A stretch of DNA of 64,000 nucleotides from Candidatus Cloacimonadales bacterium (GCA_963662655.2 CAXXTU010000002.1:2464001-2528000), one strand, 5' to 3'; positions 36,387-46,811 are shown, numbered from the stretch's first letter. Program-made: numbers and translations. The notes: generated by a model from the letters alone, not told the origin.

Positions 36387-37706
36387 ATGCAGAAGATAGA
36401 TATGCTTGTGAGGGGCGGGACCGTGGTAACGGTCAATCCTGAAATGGACATTTTCGAAAAGGGCGCAATGGCGATTCACAAGGGCAAGATACTGGAAGTC
36501 GGAACGGAGGAAAACCTTGCGGGTAAATACGAGGCTTCTTCCACCCATGACGCCCGTGGCGGCTACATCATTCCCGGACTCGTAAACGCGCACACGCATA
36601 TCTCCATGAGCTATTTCAGGGGCGTCGCGGATGACCTTGCGCTGCACGAATGGCTCCAGAATTTCATCTGGCCGCTCGAGGGAAAATTCCTGGCCGACGA
36701 GTTCATCTATCACGCGTCCCTGCATGGCATCGCGGAAATGGTTCGCAACGGAGTCACCTCCTTCTGCGACATGTACTTCATGGAGGGGGCCACGGCGAGG
36801 GCAGTTACCCGAGCCGGGGTGCGTGGCGTGCTGGGCGAAGGCGTTGTGGAGTTCCCCGTGGTGAATTACACCAAAGCCGAGCAGATGATCGACTATGCGG
36901 TCGAGCAGCATCTCGCCTACAGGGACAACGATCTGGTGGAATTCATCTCCGCTCCACACGCGATCTACACTTGCAACAAGGATCACCTGATCATGGCCGC
37001 CGAAAAAGCGCGCGCAAACGGCATGCGACTCCTGATTCACCTCGCAGAGACCGAGAAAGAGCGCAGCGACGCAATCGAGCAGTTCGGGAACTCGCCCGTG
37101 CGCTATCTGAACGACATCGGTTTTCTCGGAAAAGACGTAATTGCGGCGCACTGCGTATGGGTCGATGAGGAAGAGCAGGAAATCCTCGCGCGCACCAGGA
37201 CGGGCGTAGCTATTTGCACGGAGAGCAATTTGAAGCTCGCATCCGGTTTCGCTCCCATCAAAGGTTACAAACAGCACGGCGTTCGACTCGCGTTTGGAAC
37301 GGATGGCGTTGCCAGCAACAATAACCTGAGCATCATCGAGGAGATGGGGACAACCGCGAAGCTTCACAAGGCTCTGAACAGCGATCCCACATTCCTGCCA
37401 GCGGAGGAAGCCCTCCGCATGGCCACCGTGGGAGGTGCGGATGTACTCGGACTGAGCGATCGAACCGGCTCTCTCGAAGTTGGGAAATCGGCCGATTTCA
37501 TCGTGCTTCACTGCGATACGGTTGAAACCGAGCCCATCTACAACATTTATTCCCACCTCTGCTATACACTGAACAGCAGCAACATCGACGACGTATTTGT
37601 CGCAGGCAAGTCCCTGATGCTCGGCAGGAAGCTGCAAACCCTGGATGAAGCGGAACTGCTCGCTCGCGCCAGGGAATACCGCAGCAAGATCCGCGCAACC
37701 GTGTAG
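36387..37706 (+). CDS. mtaD: Amidohydrolase, 5-methylthioadenosine/S-adenosylhomocysteine deaminase-like
   Basis: PGLVNAHTH, PHAIYT, IHLAET, SNLKLASG, GTDGVASNN. Confidence 0.85.
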   Translation: MQKIDMLVRGGTVVTVNPEMDIFEKGAMAIHKGKILEVGTEENLAGKYEASSTHDARGGYIIPGLVNAHTHISMSYFRGVADDLALHEWLQNFIWPLEGKFLADEFIYHASLHGIAEMVRNGVTSFCDMYFMEGATARAVTRAGVRGVLGEGVVEFPVVNYTKAEQMIDYAVEQHLAYRDNDLVEFISAPHAIYTCNKDHLIMAAEKARANGMRLLIHLAETEKERSDAIEQFGNSPVRYLNDIGFLGKDVIAAHCVWVDEEEQEILARTRTGVAICTESNLKLASGFAPIKGYKQHGVRLAFGTDGVASNNNLSIIEEMGTTAKLHKALNSDPTFLPAEEALRMATVGGADVLGLSDRTGSLEVGKSADFIVLHCDTVETEPIYNIYSHLCYTLNSSNIDDVFVAGKSLMLGRKLQTLDEAELLARAREYRSKIRATV

Positions 37707-37713
37707 GATAACC

Positions 37714-38463
37714 ATGGCACGCTACGCGATCAAGCTCTCTTACGACGGTACCCATTTCGTCGGCTGGCAGATACAGGTTTTCGGACGCACGGTGCAGGGA
37801 GTCTTGGAAGATGCGCTTGCGAAATTAGCGAAGAAGCCGGTGGGGGTCATGGGATCCGGACGTACCGATTCGGGCGTGCATGCCCTGGAACAGGTTGCGC
37901 ACTTCGATCTGGAGGTCAACATGACGCCGCAGCAGATTCATCTCGCGTTGCGAACCTTCCTTCCCCACGATGTCGGCATTCTGGACATCGTCCCCGTCCC
38001 CGAAGACTTCCATGCGCGATACGACGCCTGTCAGCGCGATTACCAGTATCACATCGCAAAGGAACGCACGCCGTTCAATCGACTGTACCGCTCAACATTC
38101 GCACGAAAGAAAATACTGCCCGATCGAATCGAAGCATGCCGCCCCCATTTGCTCGGCAGGCACGATTTTGCTGCATTCTGTAAGCCCAACCCGGATATCC
38201 CCAACACCGTCTGCGATCTCAAACGATTGGACTTCGAGCCCGAGGAAGGCGGGTGGGTGTTTTATCTCTCGGCTGACCGGTTTCTTCATAACATGGTCCG
38301 TAGAATTGTGGGCTGCATTATTATAACCACCCATAGAGGGCTGGACCCCGAAATCATAACCAAATTGCTCGAAAGTGGAAAATCAGACCAGCTTCTTACC
38401 CCGACAGCACCCCCGCAGGGACTCTACCTCTCCAAAGTACACTATCCTGAAAACCTGATCTGA
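37714..38463 (+). CDS. truA: tRNA pseudouridine(38-40) synthase
   Basis: YDGTHFVGWQ, GSGRTDSGVHA, FLHNMVR, APPQGLYL. Confidence 0.96.
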   Translation: MARYAIKLSYDGTHFVGWQIQVFGRTVQGVLEDALAKLAKKPVGVMGSGRTDSGVHALEQVAHFDLEVNMTPQQIHLALRTFLPHDVGILDIVPVPEDFHARYDACQRDYQYHIAKERTPFNRLYRSTFARKKILPDRIEACRPHLLGRHDFAAFCKPNPDIPNTVCDLKRLDFEPEEGGWVFYLSADRFLHNMVRRIVGCIIITTHRGLDPEIITKLLESGKSDQLLTPTAPPQGLYLSKVHYPENLI

Positions 38464-38488
38464 GCTCGCGAACGCATTTACCAGAATT

Positions 38489-40177
38489 TTACTCTTGCTT
38501 CACCTTGCCGTAGATAGGGTAAATGCTTAGCTCTTTACCCTTCCATGACCGTACAATATCCCTGTCCCTGAATGTGACCAGCAAGTTCATCTCTTCGCTG
38601 ACAGACCTTTTAAATGTAAACATCTTACGGTACTCCTTATCCAGAACATCGAATGTACACAAGTTGTATTTGCTTTCTTCAATATAAATCTTGCTCTTCA
38701 GCACATGGACGTAAGTTTCCTTTTCGCCCATGATTCGGTAAACATCGTATCCTTGAAGAAAATCGACCATTTCGTAATTGTGGGCATCTATCTTGAATAT
38801 CCCTTTATCCATCTCGATGTAGAAGAAATCATCGGTAACTCCCAGCATCATATAATCGTCGGTTTCAGAATTGTAAACCAGTGTATTTTCCATTATCAAA
38901 GACACCAACATAAATTGTTCATCCAGCATGTGATCTATCATGGAATACATTTTAAAGCCGTTTTCCTTGTCGTATGTCCAAAATGACTTCTTTGAGATCA
39001 TGTAATGTTGGTCCCCGATCGCTATTTCATCCAGAAACACAGCGTTAGCGCTGCAACGAGTCCTATTGGTAACCTTACCATCAGCGGGATCAATCTCGAG
39101 AACGTATGGGTTGCCAGTGTTTTCAATGTACATCTTTCCCCTCGAAAAAGACCGGTCAGATATGTAACGCGCTCCTCCATAGGATATTAAATACAACATC
39201 CCATTATCCAGATAAAGCGATGATTGATATGCGAAGTCTTCATGAGGAAATTTCCAGTCCAATTTACCGGTAGCAAAATCATATCCCGTCATTTCGCGAT
39301 TCAGGGAGAATATCACCTTTCCATCGTAAATCACGACATTCGAGTACAATTTCGTTAGAAACCTCAGTCCCTCTGTTAACCGCATACCCGTAAGATGCAT
39401 GAGTACCTGAGCCCCAAACTCCTCTCTATGGCCGACAGCCATGTCCGTATCATAAGAAATGGACCAGATGCTCGATGCTGTAAAATTGATCGCGATCAGC
39501 TGTTTCTCCCCCTGAAAAACATAACCGTCTTCCGACTCATACCGGTTAAACTCCTTCTCGACGAACTTGATCTCTGTCATGTCCGACGTGAGAGGATGCT
39601 CCTCGCCAGTCTTGACATCCCAAAGGAAATATTCAACGTTCTTGTCGGCCCATCTTTTCAGCAATACAAAATTATCCTTGGGGCCGTCAAAAGGAAGCTC
39701 GATCAGTTCTCCCGAAACAGCAAACAGCGAATCGCCATTGGCCATGTCAACGGCAACAGTGAAGCCATCGGCTCTCGAGGACATTTTCGTCGAGCTGATC
39801 AAAACGTCTTTGTCTTCTCCCGCCAATCGATACGTGAACTTATTGGTAGATACCATACTTTCCCAGATGGTCTCTTCTTTTATAAAGTCATACAGAAAAA
39901 TCGGGTAGAAGCCCTTCTCGGTATCGGCAGACTGAATCAATACATAATCGGTGCCCGGAACAAACTCAACGATATCGGCTGAGGAAACATCAAACATAAG
40001 TGTTTTACCCGTTGGAGAATATACACTTCCGGATTCCGCGTCCAACGTACTGCTTTCTTTCGTGATCTCTATATCAATTGGCTTTCCCGGCTGCTTGAAA
40101 GTTAATGTGACCGGCACACAGCCAACAATGAACAAAACAGCGCTCAAAAGGCACATTTTAACCATAATCCGTTTCAT
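38489..40177 (-). CDS. Hypothetical lipoprotein, probable beta-propeller (PQQ-like repeats)
   Basis: Lipobox IVGC; YDFATGKLDWK, AVDMANGDSLF, EIDPADGKV blades; AAGGAG RBS. Confidence 0.65.
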   Translation of the reverse strand: MKRIMVKMCLLSAVLFIVGCVPVTLTFKQPGKPIDIEITKESSTLDAESGSVYSPTGKTLMFDVSSADIVEFVPGTDYVLIQSADTEKGFYPIFLYDFIKEETIWESMVSTNKFTYRLAGEDKDVLISSTKMSSRADGFTVAVDMANGDSLFAVSGELIELPFDGPKDNFVLLKRWADKNVEYFLWDVKTGEEHPLTSDMTEIKFVEKEFNRYESEDGYVFQGEKQLIAINFTASSIWSISYDTDMAVGHREEFGAQVLMHLTGMRLTEGLRFLTKLYSNVVIYDGKVIFSLNREMTGYDFATGKLDWKFPHEDFAYQSSLYLDNGMLYLISYGGARYISDRSFSRGKMYIENTGNPYVLEIDPADGKVTNRTRCSANAVFLDEIAIGDQHYMISKKSFWTYDKENGFKMYSMIDHMLDEQFMLVSLIMENTLVYNSETDDYMMLGVTDDFFYIEMDKGIFKIDAHNYEMVDFLQGYDVYRIMGEKETYVHVLKSKIYIEESKYNLCTFDVLDKEYRKMFTFKRSVSEEMNLLVTFRDRDIVRSWKGKELSIYPIYGKVKQE

Positions 40178-40299
40178 GCACAACTCCTTGTGTAAATCCG
40201 ATGAATGTAAGAAATGATGTTGAAAAAGGGCTGGCGAGACAGATTACGTCAAGTTAAAAATCCAATTCCAGCGGGGCTGAGAAAGGAATTATTCGTGTG

Positions 40300-42156
40300 T
40301 CAGCTCGTTCTTTTTCGTTTGGAGAGAAGGATTGTCGATCGAAGGTCCTCCGCGTCGACGGCTTCCAGCCATTTCATCATGAACGACTTGTTTTGCAGCA
40401 TCTGGGCGATCGCCATCAACGCGCGCAAGTGCAGATCGCGCTTGTCCATGGTTCCCATGAGAACGAACACGGCGTTGACCGGCTCCGATTCCTCGTCCCA
40501 CCGAATCCCGTCACGATTGCGCACAAGCACGATCTCGAAATGGTCGGAGCCCTCAAGAATGATGTGAGGAACCGCGACACCCGGTATGATATTCGTGTTG
40601 GACATCACTTCACGGTCGCAGAACATGCCGTAAACCTGCTCCGATTCGAGCCTCAGATGCGGGGACAATTCGGATGCGATGGTCTTGAAGAATTTCTCAC
40701 GGTCCATCGGGGATTTCTGATCGATAATATGCGCATCTCGCACAAGGATATCGAATTCATCTTCCACGATGCTTTCACGTTCCTTGAGGATACCCAGCAG
40801 CTCGTTTTCCAGCTTCTCGAAATTGGTCTCGCTGATGATGATGCGGTTGAGAATGTTCATCGCCAGGCGCACCAGGGCCGAGTGCCGCTTCTCGAAACGG
40901 TGGTAGAAGATTCGATACCAGGCATAAGCAAACGCGATGAAACCGATCGTGATCAGCAGCGGAACGGATCCCATCTGCGCGATGAGGATCGAATAGGCGA
41001 TGATCGCGAAGATCTGCAGCCAGGGGAATAAGGGAGCCTTGAAGGTTGGTTTGTAATTCCGGATTCCGGCATAGCGCACAACGATGAGCGAGAAATTCAC
41101 CATGATGAACATCAGAATCATGAAAGTGGAAGCCACCTTCGCCAGCATCTCCACTTCGAGGAAGACTACGACGATGATCATGAACGCCGATGTCGTCAGA
41201 ATGGAAACCCAGGGGGTTCCAAATTTTGGGCTTACATGTCCGAATACTTTCGGGAGGATGTAATCGCGGCTCATGGCCATGGGAACTCGCGACGCGGAAA
41301 GGATCCCCGCGTTTGCCGTGGTGATGAAAGCAGCCATTGCCGCGAACGACATCACGATCAACCCGGGCGTCCCGGCAATTACTTTCGCAGCTGTCGAAAT
41401 CGGCGTGAGAGTTCCGGATAATTCTTTGTGCGGAAGTACTCCGATGGTCACAGCAACAACCAGAACGTAGAGTATGGAAACGATCCCATAAGCCCAAAGC
41501 ATCGCCTTGGGAATGAGCCGCCCAGCCTCTTTGCTTTCTTCGGCGACGCTGTCGATCTTGGTCAGGCCGGCATAGGAGATGAAAACAAGCCCGGTCGCTT
41601 CCAGAATCGGTCGATACTTGCTAACGATGAAGGGACGGAAGAATTCGGGCCTTGCATTGGGATATCCGACAATGACATACGCAGCAAGCGCTCCAAGCAG
41701 AAAAATGACGAAGGCTACCTGGAACTTCCCCGAAGTTTTCACACTCACCAGATTCAGAATCGTGAAAAACAAGCAGAATCCCACCGCGACCAGCTTCATG
41801 TTGTCGAATGTGGGAAACACAAGGACTGCAAACGCGCCAATTCCAATAAGGGCAAACGAGCTTTTCAAGGCAATCGAAAACCAGTTGGCAAACCCTGCGA
41901 GAACCCCGGCTGGCGTGCCGAGAATTCGATCCACATAGAAATAATCGCCCCCGCTGCGTGTCATGGCTGTGGCGAGCTCCGCCTTCGAGAGCACACTCGG
42001 CAGCATGAGGATCGCTGCAAAAACATAGGACATGATGCTGGCTGGTCCTGCCTCGCTATATGCAATGGAAGGCAAGACGAACAAGCCGGACGAAATCATT
42101 GCGCCAGCGGCAAGACTGAATAAAGCGAAAAAACCGAGATTCTTCGTTAAAGGCAT
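40300..42156 (-). CDS. APC-family amino acid permease with C-terminal PTS EIIA domain
   Basis: AGAMISSGLFVLP, AELATAM..SGG.Y, YAGL...AEE; C-terminal REVMSNT..GVAVPH. Confidence 0.9.
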   Translation of the reverse strand: MPLTKNLGFFALFSLAAGAMISSGLFVLPSIAYSEAGPASIMSYVFAAILMLPSVLSKAELATAMTRSGGDYFYVDRILGTPAGVLAGFANWFSIALKSSFALIGIGAFAVLVFPTFDNMKLVAVGFCLFFTILNLVSVKTSGKFQVAFVIFLLGALAAYVIVGYPNARPEFFRPFIVSKYRPILEATGLVFISYAGLTKIDSVAEESKEAGRLIPKAMLWAYGIVSILYVLVVAVTIGVLPHKELSGTLTPISTAAKVIAGTPGLIVMSFAAMAAFITTANAGILSASRVPMAMSRDYILPKVFGHVSPKFGTPWVSILTTSAFMIIVVVFLEVEMLAKVASTFMILMFIMVNFSLIVVRYAGIRNYKPTFKAPLFPWLQIFAIIAYSILIAQMGSVPLLITIGFIAFAYAWYRIFYHRFEKRHSALVRLAMNILNRIIISETNFEKLENELLGILKERESIVEDEFDILVRDAHIIDQKSPMDREKFFKTIASELSPHLRLESEQVYGMFCDREVMSNTNIIPGVAVPHIILEGSDHFEIVLVRNRDGIRWDEESEPVNAVFVLMGTMDKRDLHLRALMAIAQMLQNKSFMMKWLEAVDAEDLRSTILLSKRKRTS

Positions 42157-42211
42157 CGTTTCTCCTGTCCTTTCCTTGTTCAACGAGAACAGAGCCAGCT
42201 TATTACACTAC

Positions 42212-44182
42212 TTATTGGTACGTTTCCAAATAGGCCGATTTCACATATTCCAGAAGTTCTTTGGCGAAATCGGAAACCACGACGATCTTGTCCAGCCCGA
42301 CCTTTGCCATATTCATGTATTGCAGACGCAAGACATCCCCACCATAGAGTTCGGGGATCACGCCGGCAAAGAAGAAGCCGAGCATCTCCAGCGACGCGCA
42401 CACCTTCGCTGCCGCAGGGCTTTTCAGGGGCAGATCGATATTGACGACCTCCATCTTCTGCTGCGCCATCTCGTGCAGGTGGTGCCTTACAGCGGGAATC
42501 AGGTCTTCCCCATACTCCTGTATAACAATGTAACCTATTTTCGCCTGGAGGATAATCTTGGTTGTCAATTTCGAGAATTCCGGAAGGTTAATTTCTATCT
42601 TCCCGAATGAAGTGGAAACACGCTCCAGCCCATTCCGCTCGTAGATTTTATCGATCATGCTCTTGTGATGCAATGGCGGATAGATATACTGTTTCGGGCT
42701 CTCGTGCAGCTTAAGGTAGAACAGAACCGCAGATTGTCTCTCCTTCGCCTCTTCGGACTGGATCTTCCTGAAGTGCATGGTCGGCGGCATAAGTCCAAGA
42801 ACAATGCCTGTTTCGTTAGCGCCGAGCGTCAGATTGCCCTTCTGCGTAAACGGATGCACCGCGACCGCTTCGCTGTAGATGCCGTACATGCCTGATTCAC
42901 GCGCGTGATCGATCAGGAAGTTCTTCAGGTGCTTGAACAAACCGCGCCCACGATAGCGGGGATCGACAACCGCCATTCCCGATTCGCCCACTTTTGCGTC
43001 GGCGGTTGGCAGGCTCAAGCCGAGATGCCCGACCAATTCGCCGTCCTTGCCGATAACGACCACGGAACGTAGCAACCCGCGATCGAGCAAATCCTGCGTC
43101 TTCTCGGGATAGTAGATGAATCCCATGGCGTACGAATAGCCGTAGGAGCGATAGATGCACCTCGCCAACGCATCGGTATCACCGGGTTCGATGAGTCGTA
43201 TAACCGTCTTTGTCTCCGGCGGAACCATGGGAAGCTCCTTCGGCTCTTCCTCGATGTAGTCCTCGGCGCTCGTATGCGGAAGCTGTTTCACGAACTCGAT
43301 CCGCTTGCCGTCGATACCCATGCTGAGGAAACGGACCTCCTCCACCAGTCCCTTCATGAGCTTGACGCCCAATCCGCCTTCCGAATGATCGAGCTTGCTG
43401 AAATCGTACGGCAAACCCTTATCGGCCACAGAGACTTGAATCGTGGCGGGGCCCTTCTCGATGATCACGTCGTAATAGCCTTTTTCATCGGGATCGAAGG
43501 CGTGCTGGATTACGTTGACCAGCGCTTCCTCCACCGCTATTTCCAGCTTCACCGCCTGCGATTCCTCCAGTCCGTAGCGAACGACCGTCTGATGAACAAA
43601 CGCAAGTACGTCCCGGAGAGATTCCATCTCCGCGAGGTTTCTTATGGTTGCGATCATATCTCTGGACATATAGATTTTTCTCCTTTTTCCCTCTTCCAAT
43701 TGCCTGTTCAAGCCATTCATCCATTCCCTGTATCTTTCCCACCATGATGGAAGTTTGAATCCGCATTGCGGGCATTCCCCAATAAACCGGTTGGTATAGG
43801 CGCCGCATTCGGGACATTTCCATATCCTGTTTTGCCCGTCGAGCCAGACCTCAAGTCCGAACGCCTTAATAATGCCCAAGCTGCCTATCGCGCTTGGCAG
43901 GTGCGGAAATCTGGCATTTTCGAAATGGATAAAATCCTTGCAGGGGAACTCGTCGCAATCAACGCAAAACTCGATCCCTCTTTTTCTGGCACATTCCTTT
44001 AGTTTACACGGAGATCGACGTGCGTCCCAGTGATCGCTTTTGCATCCATAGCAAGTCCTGCGCTGCTTCTTCCCATCTATACCCAGCGGAAAATACTCGC
44101 CTGTCTCCAGGCAGTTTTCGCAGGACGCGCAGAAGTTTCCGCAATAGGAGTCGAAACGAACTTCTCCCAGATAGCTAGCCAT
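42212..44182 (-). CDS. Cys-rich DUF3795-like domain in frame with an RsbW-like HATPase + GNAT protein (possible internal start at 43669)
   Basis: YCGNFCASC, CYGC, CKLKEC..FCVDCDEFPC, CPEC..CPQC; then EEALVNVIQHA, GGLGVKLM; GNAT VDPRYRGRG. Confidence 0.75.
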   Translation of the reverse strand: MASYLGEVRFDSYCGNFCASCENCLETGEYFPLGIDGKKQRRTCYGCKSDHWDARRSPCKLKECARKRGIEFCVDCDEFPCKDFIHFENARFPHLPSAIGSLGIIKAFGLEVWLDGQNRIWKCPECGAYTNRFIGECPQCGFKLPSWWERYREWMNGLNRQLEEGKRRKIYMSRDMIATIRNLAEMESLRDVLAFVHQTVVRYGLEESQAVKLEIAVEEALVNVIQHAFDPDEKGYYDVIIEKGPATIQVSVADKGLPYDFSKLDHSEGGLGVKLMKGLVEEVRFLSMGIDGKRIEFVKQLPHTSAEDYIEEEPKELPMVPPETKTVIRLIEPGDTDALARCIYRSYGYSYAMGFIYYPEKTQDLLDRGLLRSVVVIGKDGELVGHLGLSLPTADAKVGESGMAVVDPRYRGRGLFKHLKNFLIDHARESGMYGIYSEAVAVHPFTQKGNLTLGANETGIVLGLMPPTMHFRKIQSEEAKERQSAVLFYLKLHESPKQYIYPPLHHKSMIDKIYERNGLERVSTSFGKIEINLPEFSKLTTKIILQAKIGYIVIQEYGEDLIPAVRHHLHEMAQQKMEVVNIDLPLKSPAAAKVCASLEMLGFFFAGVIPELYGGDVLRLQYMNMAKVGLDKIVVVSDFAKELLEYVKSAYLETYQ

Positions 44183-44993
44183 TCTTGTTGATGATACGGA
44201 CGTCTCTTTGCGGGAATGGAATTCCGATTCCGTTGGCATCGAAAGCCTTTTTCACTTTCTCCTGCGTCTCGAAGAACACATCCCAGTAGTCTGCGCCCTT
44301 TACGTGGGGGCGTATCGCCAGATTTACCGAGCTTTCGCCAAGTTCCGCAACCGCGACAGTGTAAGGCGGGTCTTTCAGCACGCGCGTATCCGCGTCGAGG
44401 ATGTCCCTCACCACTTGTTTGGCTTTATCGATATCCGCGCTGTAGGCAATTCCGATCGTCAGATCGACACGCCGTATCGGGGAAGTGCTGAAATTGACGA
44501 TCGTATCGCCGGTTATCTTCGCGTTGGGGATGATAATCTTCTTCTTGTCCGGCGTGGAAAGCGTTGTCACGAAAATCTGTATCTCTTCCACAACACCGAT
44601 TGATCCGCCCATCTGCACAACGTCACCGACTTCGAATGGACGAAAGATAACTAACATCACGCCCGATGCGAAATTGGACAAAGAACCCTGCAATGCCAGG
44701 CCGACAGCCAAACCGGCAGCACCGAGAATCGCGACGAACGACGTCGTCTGGATCTCGAGCTTGTTGATTGCCGCGACGATGGTGAAGACCATTATGCCGA
44801 TGAAGGTCAGGTTTCCCACAAAAACCGCCAGTGTCTTGCCGCCTTTTGATTTCGATACAACCTTCTTGACGCTCCAGGTAAGGATTCCGGCCAGAATCCT
44901 GCCTACGACTAATATGATGACAGCAGCAAGAACCTTCCATCCATACTGCTCCACGAGTTTGAAAAACGTTGCCTGGATATTCTCTAAGCTCAT
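44175..44993 (-). CDS. mscS: Small-conductance mechanosensitive channel
   Basis: GAAGLAVGLALQGSLSNFASG, RPFEVGD, IPFPQRDV. Confidence 0.93.
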   Translation of the reverse strand: MSLENIQATFFKLVEQYGWKVLAAVIILVVGRILAGILTWSVKKVVSKSKGGKTLAVFVGNLTFIGIMVFTIVAAINKLEIQTTSFVAILGAAGLAVGLALQGSLSNFASGVMLVIFRPFEVGDVVQMGGSIGVVEEIQIFVTTLSTPDKKKIIIPNAKITGDTIVNFSTSPIRRVDLTIGIAYSADIDKAKQVVRDILDADTRVLKDPPYTVAVAELGESSVNLAIRPHVKGADYWDVFFETQEKVKKAFDANGIGIPFPQRDVRIINKNG

Positions 44994-45371
44994 GCGACGC
45001 TCCTTGTTTTTTCTTATTATGTAGCAAATCGGATTCTAGTCGTCAATGAAAAAAGGCTGCCCTGCGTAAGAAAGTTCCTATTCAATTTTATTCCTCTCCT
45101 TTCAATTTCCTTGTTTGATATCGATATTCTGCATTCAGTACACCCATTTATAAACTCGCTTCTCGCTCCAGTTTCACGATCCGGGCAAAAATTGCTTTAC
45201 TATTTATGCTCGCATGACGACTTTAACCGTATATTACAATTTCCGCTTTGATAGGCCATAAGCTGGAAACTAGAAGAAGCGGAAATTGTTCTCAGAGAGG
45301 ATTTTCCGTTTGAAAGGCCGGGCGTATTTGTGGCATTTCAAACGAAAACCGTATAATAAAATGAGGTAGAT

Positions 45372-46337
45372 ATGCGCATTTACGTTATCGGATCGGGGAA
45401 CTGGGGTACCACCCTCGCGACGCTCTTCTGCGAGAAGAACGACGTTCACTTGTGGACGATCGATCAGCAGGAAGCGGATCAGATCAATTCTTCTCATGAG
45501 AACAGGGCCTTTTTGCCCGGGAAGAAGCTACCGGCTTCCATCATCGTGGAGTGCAAATACAGCCATCCGATCGAGCCGGAAGACCTGGTGATCCTCGCGA
45601 TCCCGTCCCGCAGAATCGAATCGGTGGCCATCGAGCTGAAGAAAACCAGAGTCGCCAACATCCTGAATGTTTCCAAGGGACTCAAGCACGACACGCTCAT
45701 GACGGTCCAGGAGATCGTCAAGCAACACCTGCCGGATGTGAAATTCGCAACCCTGAGCGGACCGACCATATCGCGGGAAATCGCGAACGGGCTCCCCGCG
45801 AAAGCCGTGCTTGCATCCAGCGACCTCCAACTGCTTATGACCTTGCAGAAAGCGCTACAGAACAAGCTGCTGGTCTTCGAGTTCAGCCGCGACATTACTG
45901 GAATCGAACTCTGCGGATCTCTCAAGGGGCTGATCGCCATCGCTGTGGGTATCGCCGATGGACTGGGCCTCGAGACGAACATTCACGGCCTGATCATGAC
46001 ATACGGCTTGCAAGAGTTTGCAACCGTACTGGAGTTTCTGGGGGTTTCCACCAAAACCGTTTACGGCATCGCTGGCGCTGGCGACCTGATCACGACCTGC
46101 CTTTCGGAGAACAGCCGCAATCGCCGGTTCGGGAATTTTCTCGGTCAGGGGCTTTCCCGCAACGACGCCCTGGAAAAAGTCGGGATGGTTGTGGAAGGGG
46201 TTTCCATGGCAAAGACGATCCAACAGCTATCGCGGTTCAATCTCAGCATTCCGTTGTTCGATTCCATCGCCAGAATCATTTTCGAGCCGGTGAACGACGT
46301 TCGCGAGGCGTTGCTCAAGCCGCTGCTATATCGTTGA
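45372..46337 (+). CDS. gpsA: NAD(P)H-dependent glycerol-3-phosphate dehydrogenase
   Basis: GSGNWGT, SKGL, LSGP, GAGDLITTC..SRNRRFG, VVEG. Confidence 0.92.
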   Translation: MRIYVIGSGNWGTTLATLFCEKNDVHLWTIDQQEADQINSSHENRAFLPGKKLPASIIVECKYSHPIEPEDLVILAIPSRRIESVAIELKKTRVANILNVSKGLKHDTLMTVQEIVKQHLPDVKFATLSGPTISREIANGLPAKAVLASSDLQLLMTLQKALQNKLLVFEFSRDITGIELCGSLKGLIAIAVGIADGLGLETNIHGLIMTYGLQEFATVLEFLGVSTKTVYGIAGAGDLITTCLSENSRNRRFGNFLGQGLSRNDALEKVGMVVEGVSMAKTIQQLSRFNLSIPLFDSIARIIFEPVNDVREALLKPLLYR

Positions 46338-46484
46338 ATGCCGCCGGTTTTCATTGTTGTAATGTATTGCAAACATAAAGAAGTGCCCTAAAAAATCATT
46401 GCCAAAAAAAACATGAATACGTATTATCGGCAATAATCATTACCGGATTCGGTTCAAGAAATAAAGAGAATTGTGGAGGTTTCC

Positions 46485-46811
46485 ATGCCAAACGAAGTTA
46501 AACCGGAGATGCAAATCAACTTCGAAAGTCTTCTGAAACAGGGATTTGCCGTTATCGACGTACGATACCGCGAATACGAAATTTCCTCTGAAGTTTATAA
46601 ATACGTTATCGCGCACGTCGAGAAGGATCGCGAATCGTTCTACGCGGAGATGCTCAAGCACTACCTGAACAAAGACGTCAAGGACAAGAACGTCCTGGAC
46701 CTCTGGGTGAAGATTCTCAAGCACAAACTCAGAATGAGCGAGCTCCTCAATCGCGACATATCCATCAAAGTGGCCGCACTGGATTATTTCGAAACCGAAG
46801 GCCATAATTGA
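46485..46811 (+). CDS. Hypothetical protein, DUF4032-like C-terminus
   Basis: GGAGG RBS; ILKHKLRMSELLNRDISIKVAALDY. Confidence 0.6.
   Translation: MPNEVKPEMQINFESLLKQGFAVIDVRYREYEISSEVYKYVIAHVEKDRESFYAEMLKHYLNKDVKDKNVLDLWVKILKHKLRMSELLNRDISIKVAALDYFETEGHN

Noticed and set aside
35787..37715. 642-aa minus-strand ORF, and similar long ORFs at 16249-17715, 18592-19623, 24424-25491, 51613-52641 and 62307-63350
   Set aside because: Antisense shadows of well-supported genes; no motifs or RBS; expected from codon bias in GC-rich coding DNA.
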